Source: a virus
Lineage: Duplodnaviria > Caudoviricetes
Strand: one strand, 5' to 3'
DNA length: 61,126 nt
Virus record (IMG/VR): IMGVR_UViG_3300025305_000017
Location: 1-61,126 of that record
Shown here: in pieces, positions 16,972 to 27,400 of the stretch
Layout of the letters: each line of letters opens with the position of its first letter
Position numbering within the stretch: position 1 is the stretch's first letter
Translations under genes and position numbers: made by a program
The notes under the pieces: model-generated
What the model was told of the DNA's origin: nothing
What the model saw: only the letters and a program-made list of their open reading frames with translations
The model's database searches: none

Positions 16972-17317
16972 GGGAGCCTTCCAACACCAGCCCAAGCCCA
17001 CTTCCCACGACGCAGCCCTCATCATCTATGGAAGTGTGGAGTATTAAGGTCCAATCATTCTGATCCTTATCCACCCACACCTCATAGATATTCGTAGGGT
17101 TCTTTGCGATCATCGACACCAGTAACCTTTCACCCCCTCGCTGAAGACTTTTCTTTAAGATTTCATAGTTAGCACAAGGGCTTCTATGTTGGTATATGCC
17201 GGTGGGCCTTAACGGCACATAACCCTGCGCTATATGTGGATCAACCTGTTGAGCGACAGCACAACCACTACACAGCAGCACCATCAAAGCTATAAGAGAA
17301 GTAGCGGGTGCCATCAT
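16949..17317 (-). CDS. Exported protein or lipoprotein of unknown function
   Basis: Signal peptide with LCSGC; similar to 60605..60985. Confidence 0.6.
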   Translation of the reverse strand: MMAPATSLIALMVLLCSGCAVAQQVDPHIAQGYVPLRPTGIYQHRSPCANYEILKKSLQRGGERLLVSMIAKNPTNIYEVWVDKDQNDWTLILHTSIDDEGCVVGSGLGLVLEGSPKEEASH

Positions 17318-17496
17318 TTCTCGTCCTTGGTATCCTGTACCGGCTGGGCTTGCTCACCGTCGCAACAATCCAAGACAGGTCTGTTGCATCTTCCGCAAAT
17401 ATATTTGGACTGTATGAACTGTGGTCTGGTGACCCCGCCGCACCACGGACACACCACCAAGTCACTTCCAAAAATAGTGTCTTCAGGGGCACTCAT
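17314..17496 (-). CDS. Small zinc-ribbon protein
   Basis: CPWC...CGRC...DCCDGE. Confidence 0.6.
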   Translation of the reverse strand: MSAPEDTIFGSDLVVCPWCGGVTRPQFIQSKYICGRCNRPVLDCCDGEQAQPVQDTKDEK

Positions 17497-18009
17497 CTAG
17501 TAACCCATTTGGTGAGGAGAGGGAGTCATGAAGAGGTCTCTTTCAACTGCACGCCTCCGAACGAGTCCGCGCAATATCTTTCCCCCGGCTCTGCGCCACT
17601 TGGGGAACTCATTAGCTGCACCTATTCTGTCGTTCCGGTTAAGCTTGGCCCGTAACGTAGAAGACTGGAGTCGTCCTGATCCGAGGTTCCATGTGAATGA
17701 ACAAATCGAACTGAACTCATTCTCGTTGAGCGCCACCCGAACCAGATTTCGTACAGAACGCTCGACAGATACCAGCCCCTGTTGAAGAAGATCCTCGCCC
17801 TCATCCTTTGTGATCTCTGGGCTATCCATCGTAACTCGGCTACCGTCACCCAAACGAGTCGATCCAAATCCCTGTGTCGCCACTCCCGCAGGACATCTGT
17901 ACGGGACGGATGAAAATCCCTCGAAGATTTTGATGATGTGTATCCCACTTGCATTGCAGTGTCCGTCCCAGCCGTGCTTTGCAAGCAGGAAGTTAGCGAC
18001 TGACATCAC
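17497..18009 (-). CDS. Endolysin, GH24 lysozyme
   Basis: IKIFEG....YRCPAGVATQGFG; F.WNLG; GLVRRRAVE. Confidence 0.92.
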   Translation of the reverse strand: MMSVANFLLAKHGWDGHCNASGIHIIKIFEGFSSVPYRCPAGVATQGFGSTRLGDGSRVTMDSPEITKDEGEDLLQQGLVSVERSVRNLVRVALNENEFSSICSFTWNLGSGRLQSSTLRAKLNRNDRIGAANEFPKWRRAGGKILRGLVRRRAVERDLFMTPSPHQMGY

Positions 18010-18455
18010 CGACTAAGCCGGGAGATGGCCCTACTCCCGAACCAGAAACTGACGACGGCGCTGAAAAGTGCTATGACCTCGTCGTCGAAAATAAGCTGGG
18101 CCGCATCCAATCCAGATAGTCCACTGGCAGTGAGACTAAGATAGGCGGCGATCTCAACGAAACAGAACAACCCCATAAAAACATAGGTAATAACAGGGCG
18201 CACACTACTGCGAAGACCATCGATCCACCGGACGCCCGATGGCTGCATGGACTTCTGAAGCGCTTCGATCTCTCGTATGTCTGCCTCAACATGGACTGCC
18301 TCCAACTTCTGTGCAGCAACCTCTTTCTGTTGCTTAATCTGCATCTCCATTACAGCTAGCTCATGCTTTTGGTCCTGTTTATTCTGCCAAAACTCCATCA
18401 CCTTTGGCAGGAATGAAGTAGAAAATCCAAGCAAGCTGCCTAATAAAGTGATCAT
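18006..18455 (-). CDS. Holin (3TM, GTA-type)
   Basis: LRSSVRPVITY and FWFGSR motifs, transmembrane segments, directly upstream of the endolysin. Confidence 0.75.
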   Translation of the reverse strand: MITLLGSLLGFSTSFLPKVMEFWQNKQDQKHELAVMEMQIKQQKEVAAQKLEAVHVEADIREIEALQKSMQPSGVRWIDGLRSSVRPVITYVFMGLFCFVEIAAYLSLTASGLSGLDAAQLIFDDEVIALFSAVVSFWFGSRAISRLSR

Positions 18456-18457
18456 CT

Positions 18458-21400
18458 CTACCTCCCTAGCTGAAAAGCTTCCTGTCTCATAGCTGGTAGA
18501 TCCTGTACAGCCAGTAACTCATCCTGCGTAATGTCGTCAATCAAAGCCCTCTTTTCCTCACCTGACATGTCGCCTTCCATTATACTCTTTCTCTCCTCCC
18601 TGAGGTCAGCAAGTATCTGAGCAATAGCATTCACCTCTTGCTCCAAATCCAGCAACGCAGCCCTCTTGTCGGCGAACTCCTCACTCTTAACGATGGTAAG
18701 CTCACCTTTTTCCAACATATCATAAGTACCCACCGCCTGCGTCACAGCTTCCCTTAGTTGATAGAACTGTGTCACCAAACCACGGGCATCGGGGCGCGCA
18801 AAGAAGCGCCTGATAAATGGATACTCGGTAAGCTTGCGAGTCTGCGTTTCACCCAGTTCATCATCAACCGAGCGCACCAACTGATCAACCGTATCAAGCA
18901 ATACCGTACCCAGCGTACCGCCGTATCCCTTGATCATGTGATCGATCTTGATCGGAGAGTAATTGATCGCCTCCCCTAACTCACGCGCCAGTCCTGACGT
19001 TCTACTGGCATAACGATACCCCGGCTCAATGCCCTTTAGGTATTGCCCTTCGATCTCACGTCCCGTCCAGAAACTATAGTTAACGAGAGCTTCTCCTAGA
19101 GGAAGAACCGCTTGAGGTATAGGATTAAACTCGAACGTATTAACCAACCCCCTTCTCAGGGATTGCGTCACATCAAGAGGGACATCTTGCCCGAGGAACA
19201 AAGCCATTAACCTCTCAGGTATGGTCTTGAACAGGTATCCAACCTCAAACGGTATGGGTATCTTGATAGGCGGCCCGTCATATCCGGGGATCCACGACGA
19301 TGGAATGATCCAGTAGTTGTCCTTTACCTCGGGGTTTTGATTGATGTATTCCTCATCGTCATGCACCAAAGTCCAGTAAGCTGCACTGCTCATTCCTACC
19401 AGCAATGACCTCATCAGGAAGCGGCGTTTGACAATGTCGGACTCTGGTCGTGCAGCAAAGCCGGGCCTCCCCATAGACGATCTATAAAGCACGTCGAGTC
19501 CCTGTATCCTAGCGTTCAAGAAGGGCACCATGACAGCGATATTCTGAATTAAGGCAGAAGAACCCCTAGCCGAGAAGTTGATAACTTCCTGTGCCTCCCA
19601 GAAAGCCTGCACTTCATCGCCAGTCTCTTTTAATACCCTGTTGTAAACAGCAATTCTGGTAGCAGCATCTGACGCCCGCGAACCTGTGCCGGTTACATCC
19701 CATAAATACTTGAATGGGTTGCGAATAGCCCGCCTCATCTCAGAAGGATACTGATACTTCTGAAGTTCCTTTTCGATAAAGGTGGTCATCTTGGTAGGAT
19801 CGCCACCAAAATCAAACCCTGTCATCAAGCCTGCGGAAGCCAGTGCGTTAGCCGACTCATCCCCACGCACAGCACTGTACATCCCTTTCATGGTGCCAGC
19901 TAATGCACCAGTCTTGCGCCCGCTAGTAACCCATGCAGACAACGAGTCACGCAGCATGTTAGCGGCCATGAAGTCTGGTGATCTGGTGATCATCTCCCTC
20001 AGGAAACGGGCTGGCATACCAAACAGATTAACCCACGGCGGGATCCGCTGATGTTCTAAGTAGTTAAATAGCGATGAAAAAAGCAGTTGGTCTCCCACAA
20101 AGAGAGTCATAGACTTACCTTTGACTCTGAAGGTTATCGCCCCCGGTGTCCTGATCTTGGCCCTCACCGTTGTCTCAGGCTCTACCAAGACAAGGTTACG
20201 CATCGCACGCTGCACCCCGACATTCATCATGCCCGTTTGTACAGCAGCTAAAGCATTCTCGGTTAGGGTATCAAGGAATCCTCCAATGGGCATTCCGCCT
20301 TCTACTACCGACACCTCAAGATTGGGGTGCTCTTGCTTTAGTTTCTTAGCATAACCCTTTGCGACTGCCTTCTGATGAGACTCAAAGGTCGTTGGAAGAC
20401 GGGTTACTATCTCTTCTCCATTAATGGTCTCTTTGGTAACGATAGTCCATATCGTTCCCTTGCCAGAGAGAGGGGGAGGAGGCCGCGTAGTAATGCCGCT
20501 AAATACCTGCGTCTCCCCCAGCACCTCTTCATATTTTTGGTCAAGTTGCCTGTAAAACGGAACGTAATCCGCGGTCTCTGTCCATTGGTCGGCCTTCTTA
20601 CGGTCGATAACCCCTGTGTCTACTAAAAGATCCACGAAGTAGCTGTTCCACACCTGATAGTTCTTAAATATCTGATCGAAATCTAGGAAGGTATCCTGTC
20701 CCGTAGCTATTATCTTTCGCGCAATGGCATCTTCCGTTAAGGCTGGGTCACCGATTATACGTTGGATCTCAAGAGGCGTGTTGCCGTACCCTAGATACTC
20801 GATGATCTGATCCTGCGTTAAGAGCCTCTCCCTACCCTCTCTCAGCAAGCGCGCTGCCCTGCGCCCGATAGCATAGGCATGGAAAGTACGGAACCTATTG
20901 CCCTCACGCAGGGGTTCGATGATGGGTATCAAACCTGTAGGCGTACCAGCAATGGGACTAGGCGACAGAGAGCCATCGATGTTGGTTTGCATTGCATCTT
21001 TGGGAATGTTTTTAACGGATGTACCGCCATTGGCATAAACAGGGACGCCCTTGGAAAGAGCATAGGCAGTTATAGCCGTTCCCCTTCTGGCCGAACGTAA
21101 AGCCGTCCACGCAGACGACGCCGCACTCAGGAAGCTAGCGTACTTTGTATCCGACTCAGCCAAATAAACATCAGTCCGACGCGCAGGATCCCACATATCA
21201 ACAACGCTTTGACGGAACCACTTGAAAAAATCCGTGTAACTATCTAGCGGCGTGCTACCGAGCATACCAAGATTGGTTAAAACCTTGCTTCCAAGAGTCT
21301 CGTCGGTGGTTTGTGCGGCAGAAATCATACTTAAATCAACATCACCAACGCCCTCTTCCTTGTTTAAAAACGAGAAGGCCCGTGCGGCTTGGTAGGGACG

Positions 21401-24400
21401 CTTGTGCTTGTCCTTGCGGGTGTAGCCCTTGCGGCTACGCACCACCCGCTTCCTGTACTTGGGTGTGCGCAAGTCCTCGGCAATGACGTTGCGCTGACGC
21501 TCTTCCTCGAAAGCCTTTTTGCCCGCCTTGTCCTTGATAAAGGAGCGCGCTTCCTTGGAAGAGAAAATCCTACGCTGGATCTCATCCTCAAGCTCCAACG
21601 CATCGATGATGGGGTCTGCCATAGAGGCAGAGATGTTGCGCGTCTCTCCTGCAAAGAGGGCTGAGAGGTTCGCCATCTGCGGGATCGAGTCGATGATGCG
21701 GTCAAGCCTGCTACCCTCATAGCGTGATCCCACAGCAGGGTGACCCCGTACCTCAATGCGGTTGTCGCCGCTTTGTATGGTTAAGGTCGCCCGGTCAGGA
21801 CGTTGGTCGAGAGTGAGGCGCATCCCGTGGCCGCGGAGGCTGTCGTATTGGGTATCGGTTATGTCGTAGAACGGTCGAGCGGCTTTTGCTTTAGCTCCTT
21901 CTGCAACCCCTTTAGCAACTGCGCCCCTAGGTCGAACGCCCGCGCCCGCCCTTTGAGTGACCTGAACTCTTTTAACGAGTTCTTTGATTCTGCTCGCTCT
22001 TTCCGTGAGCGCTTTCTCGTAGTCTCTGACATTGTTTAAGTCCATTCCTTTTCTTACTTGGTTGAAAGCCCATAGGGCAGCTTGTGTTTCTATTGGCGTC
22101 CAACGCAATTCATTAGCCACCTTGGTGATAAGACGTTGCGCCTCTAAAACCATTCCCTCAGTCGGGCTGTCTCTATTGAAAAGCAATTGAGCGATGTGCC
22201 GGTCAACAACCACCGCTTCATCCGCATCGCGCATGGCCTGTATCATGTCGGGTATTTTCTTGCCCGCAAAATAACGCGCTCCGCCGCCCGGTAACTCAGT
22301 AGGTGGCTTACCAGCCCTTTCCCGAAGAGTTCCCTCCCTAGATGGGAGCCTTCCCATGAGACGATTGATGTTATCTACCACCGGATCCAATAAGAGCTTC
22401 GGTGTAGCAGTTTTGCTAAGAATCCCAAGAGGGTCGCCGGTCTTGATAGCTTCATAAACTACCAGCGCCAGATCAATGTTACGATCAATCCGCTTCTGCT
22501 GGCTGGTGATGGATATGATGTCGTTGAAAAGCTGCATGTCATCACCAAATAGCTCATGCAGAATAGGACGATGGCGCTCATACCAGTCTCGATAATTTCT
22601 TGCTGACTTGGCGTCCTTAATAAGCTGAGTAAAGGTGCGCCTAGATGTAGGCGCTCTGGGCTTACGAGGTAAGACAGGGTACTCTCCTAGCTGTACGGCA
22701 CCCGCAACCATGCGCCGTGCTTCCTTAACCTTGTTGGCTTCATCAGCAAGGATGGCGCGCACTTCACCGGGGTCTACACCGGGAGTATCTTCGGTGATCA
22801 CACCGCTCAAGACATCGTTCTCGAATGCCATCTGGCGGATACGCATGTCTACTTGAGAGGGGCGTAGTAGTTCATCTACTGGAGAAGGACGTAGCGGCTC
22901 AAGAATAAACCGTGGAGTTTCAACTGTAGCAAACTCAGTGTCTAGTGATTGTAAATTAGCCAAGAACTTATTAACAGCAGCGGCACTATCAGACGCTACA
23001 TATCCCTTGAAGTTACCGCTGTCCCAGAACTGAGCTACCGTTTCAAAATTATCTACGAGGATATCTTCAGTTGCTTCCTCGGAGATCATGTTCTTGTGCA
23101 TACCCTCCAGCGTTTCTCGGCTCTTCGCGGTCATCTCTTTCACGCTATAATAGCGTGACTTGAACTTATTTTTCTTTGCCTCCTTCTGATCCCACGCTGG
23201 ACGAGCAGCCATCCCGTCCTTCTCGAATACTTTTTCTTCAATGATGACCAAGCCGTTCTTTTTAGCCAGTTCCTTCATGCGTTTGATTTGAGGCTCACGG
23301 TCAGGAGAAATGAATTGGAATACCATAGCCTCATGGACAACATCATATTTTTTAGGGGGCTGGAAGTAGTAGATAGGAGTGCCATCATCCTCTGCCCACG
23401 CGAGAGTTCCTTCCTGCTCGCGTGATCCAAAGGCTTCTAATTTATAGTCAGAACCGGGAACTGGATCTTTCTGAAAAACCTTAGCCATTTCTATATTGGG
23501 ATCAATGCCAGTCGTTTTGATAGCACCCCCAGATAGAGATGTGATGGTTTTAATTAAAGCCCCTTCCGATGCCCCAACATCCAACATGGTGGAACCGTCC
23601 CCGTATGTGTTGACGATAGCCTCTGCCACAGCCAACTGCACTTCCCCAAAACCGGGAATGCTGGTCTTTATGTGATGCTCGAAATTACCCTTCCACTTAT
23701 CATACAGAGCCGGAACGCCAAAGTAATCGGTAAGACCAATGACTGGAATATATGCGTTACCCGTAGAGGGACGATGTTTGACTCCCAGAGTCGCTGCTGT
23801 AAAAAAATCTGTGTAATCCCTACCAGTTCCGGTCATCACCCGCGCCATCTTGGTCACGGCAGGTTTCTTTAGCTCTAGCTTAGGCATCGTTGGAGGAGAT
23901 CCCACCATCGACCGCGCCATCTTTGGCTTCTTTGTGCCCTTGGCAAGGAACGCATTTACTGAAGCTTCTATAGCTTCTGGAGAAAGGTCACCGAACTGAT
24001 ATTCCCCTAGCGCCTCCATCTTTGTCAGCGCCTCTACCTTCCTTTGGGTAGCTTTGGGTAGCACAGGGTGTGCCGTCTCAAGATAATAGAAAGGCCCTGC
24101 CTCTAAAGTGTCGAGAGCGAGACGTTGGAGACCGCCCCTATGTGCGGGCATACCCGGCATCTCCTCGGGAACGACAAGATCGAACCAACCTCTGATGGGA
24201 TGTGTAGATGCAGGATCATTCCACTCGATCCCTATCTTGGTCGGGGAAGCTATCCTCATCTTCTCCCCTTGATCTATGGTTATAGCAGGGTTGTTCCTCG
24301 GAGCGCCTTTCTCACGGTTCCAATAAGCATCCAACAATGCAGCCACACCCTGCGTTGCATTCTTATAGGGAGTGAAGGCAGCAAATTCCTCGTCGTGCTC

Positions 24401-27400
24401 GGAAGCATGGGCGAGACCGAAATCCTGTGGAGTACCCCGTGGCACAAGAACACGATACTCGTTGCCAGCTACACGCACCCTCCCCCATACGATGGTGGGG
24501 TTGCCAGCAATGTCGCGTCTGGTTTCCAGAGCAAACGCAGAGGCCGGTAAATTGGCGTAGCGGCGGGATTGTTTGACCTTACGCTCCCGTATGGCATCGG
24601 CTAATCTTTGTGCATTACGATTTTCAGCGTTAAACGCTTCCTCATCTATCCGAAAAGCAACTAGTTTCACATCATCAGGGTAAGTATCAAGAGCTACGTT
24701 AGCCCTCTCAACATCTTCAGAGGGTCCGCGTGGAGTAGTGGGGGTTTCGACAATCAATTCTCTCTTTGTTGGCGACCTCTCCACCGCAAACTTTACATCA
24801 TCCTGTTGAATATCTATTGGAGGCCCTAATTCAGCACGATCTTTAGCAATGCCAATGTCATCGAAGGGCACATACCAGCCACTAATGGGTGCAGATAGAT
24901 CAGCGTTAGGAGCGTCAGGAGTACCAAGAAGAGTTCCTAAATCTTCCCGTAACAATCTTGAGTAAACTCGATATGCATCACCCAAGGGATTTTCAAGATA
25001 TCCTTCTGATGGAATCGTCAGAGCCTCAAGGGTTCTCAGGTTTTGAATAGTAGGATCATTATCCCACTCCCCAATGATGAAATTTAATTCATTCTCCTCA
25101 TGTAGCTCTATCCCGGGGAGGCTAACAAAGTCCTGCTTTCTCCAAAATTTATCTAACGCAGTCTCAATGGGTTCTGGCTGGAAAAGAAGATCAGTTTGCG
25201 GGGTGCCCTGCAACCTGACGCGCGGGTTGCCATCATCATCCAACTCACGAACTGGTCTTTTGAGAAGGAGGTCGTCTAATTCATTAAATTGCGTAGACAG
25301 TCCCTCCCAATTAGGAGCGTAAACCTCGAATATTTCACTCCCATCATCCGCAAGCTCCGCGTGAATATAGCCAGTGTTCTCCCCCATAGAAGGTGGCAGC
25401 TTAACCTGCCCATTACTTACATGCCTAACCAGTTGAGCCATACCCTCGTGCGATATAACATAAGCGTCCCACACATAAAGCTCGCCCTTGTTATCGTAAG
25501 CAAAACGTAACTCGGCTCTCTTTCCCACACGCCCAACCAGTCCTTCAGCATGATCTCTCCTGTACTTTTGCGCCATCCTTGTTATCACATGTCGAGAGGG
25601 ATTAATCCTTACCTCCTCAACCTCAGGCTCATAAGTACTGTGAGCGAAAGCTGCCGCTACTTCCTCACCAGTAAACCTTCTGCCGCGTGACCTCCCTACT
25701 TTCTCCTTATCTATGGCACTCATCTCCTCGTCGATAAGAGGATCCCCGATCATGGTGTCTTCGATAGGAAGAAGCCCTATTTTCTGAGGCGCAAAGGGGC
25801 GCTCTTCAATAGGCAGTGAGTCTGCCCGTTTGGCTGGGTCAATGCCGAGACGGTGGAAATTGAACCAAGCGTTGTTTCCCAGTGTCTCAGTAGCCAAAGC
25901 CCAGCGCGCCCACGGACTAGCCATCATACGCGCATGATTAACGTAGGCTGCCTTTCCCCCGAACTTACCCAACGAAAGAGGTGACATGGTGTGAGCGTAG
26001 TAGTCATGCACAGCCCGTAGCACATCATTGTACAACAAGAACGTGCCGTTCATATCGACACGCCCGCTCTGTTTTATGAGGGGATGGTTGGAAGAGAAGT
26101 CACTTTCGTCAGTCTTGAGGATATAGAGATGATTGTTGTTCATAACATCATCTCTCATGGCTGCGCTGTTAGCGTATGGCTCCCCCTCTCCCTCGAACAC
26201 CTCTACCTTGACAGGCAGGGCGTCGAACTGACTAATCGACTCTCGCTGAAGTTCCGTATAGGCTCTTTTAACAGCAGGATTCCCGCTGTCATCATCCGGC
26301 ATAGCGTCGTAGTTGTCGGCTATCCTCTCAAAGGATGTTCTTTCTTCTGGAGTGAGGGTGGTTTGTGGGACGGCAGTGGCAAAGGGCAGCCCACGCAGGA
26401 ATTGAGCTATTCGGTGACTGGTTCTGTTTCCTTCGTGGTACGCCGGGAGACGAAGTGTGCCTGATATCTCTTGATACCCGTTTGTGGCGGCAAATCCACT
26501 ACCGTAAGCCCAGAATCTTCTAATGCTTCTGTTAGCTCGTGATATGCTTTTTCCAAGGGATTGGCGGGCGCGGTTGGCTTGTTGTTGGAACTCTTGGATG
26601 GCGGCTGTGTCATTAGGATCTCCCCAGTAGTATGCCTCTAAATATGTATCAGTTACCGTTAGGCCGGGCAAGCCTGATGACTTAATGACCTCATCGATCT
26701 TTGCCCGCGATAATGGTTTAGGCAAAAGATAGCGAACTGCAATAGTGTTATACGACCCATCTGGATGAACGAACCCGGGAATGTTATTGTTGGGGTCACC
26801 ATCCAAAACGTGGAGTTGTTCTTGATTGAAGTTGGTGGAGAACTGCTTGAGGGCAACCAGCGTATCCTGCCTGTCCGGTTCAGCAAAGCCCACCAGCAAT
26901 CCAACTGATGGCTCACCCTCTCCCGCATAAACCCCCTGCGAGGGGAGTATCTGGAAAGTAGCTGTGGGAATACCGCTCAACAAGTAGGTCAGGGCATCAG
27001 TGGCAATGTCCTGCAACAGGTGAATGGCGTCTTGATTGCCCGTTTGGGCCTGCTCCTGTAAAGCAGCAAGGCCGGGGATCTCAGCATTAACGACCGACAG
27101 GTTGGAAGCTATCTGATTGACAGGGACATCGTCTATGCTCTTGACCTCGCTGCGGTCGAGAACGTCCTGATCCCAAATAACGTAGTTATAAGTACGACTA
27201 TCGCGTAACTCTATCGACCCCGGGTCCGCTGACCATTCTTCTAAAGTCTCTTTTAAATCGCGAGCATCTCTGAGTGTAGATCTTAGATTTTGGGTATAGC
27301 GTCTATTTGCCGCTCTTCCTTTAGGACCAAAAGCAGGTTCTGTCGCTAGAGCAAGAGACGTTTGCAACCGTTCCACCGAAGCCGTGGCCTGCTCTAGCGC

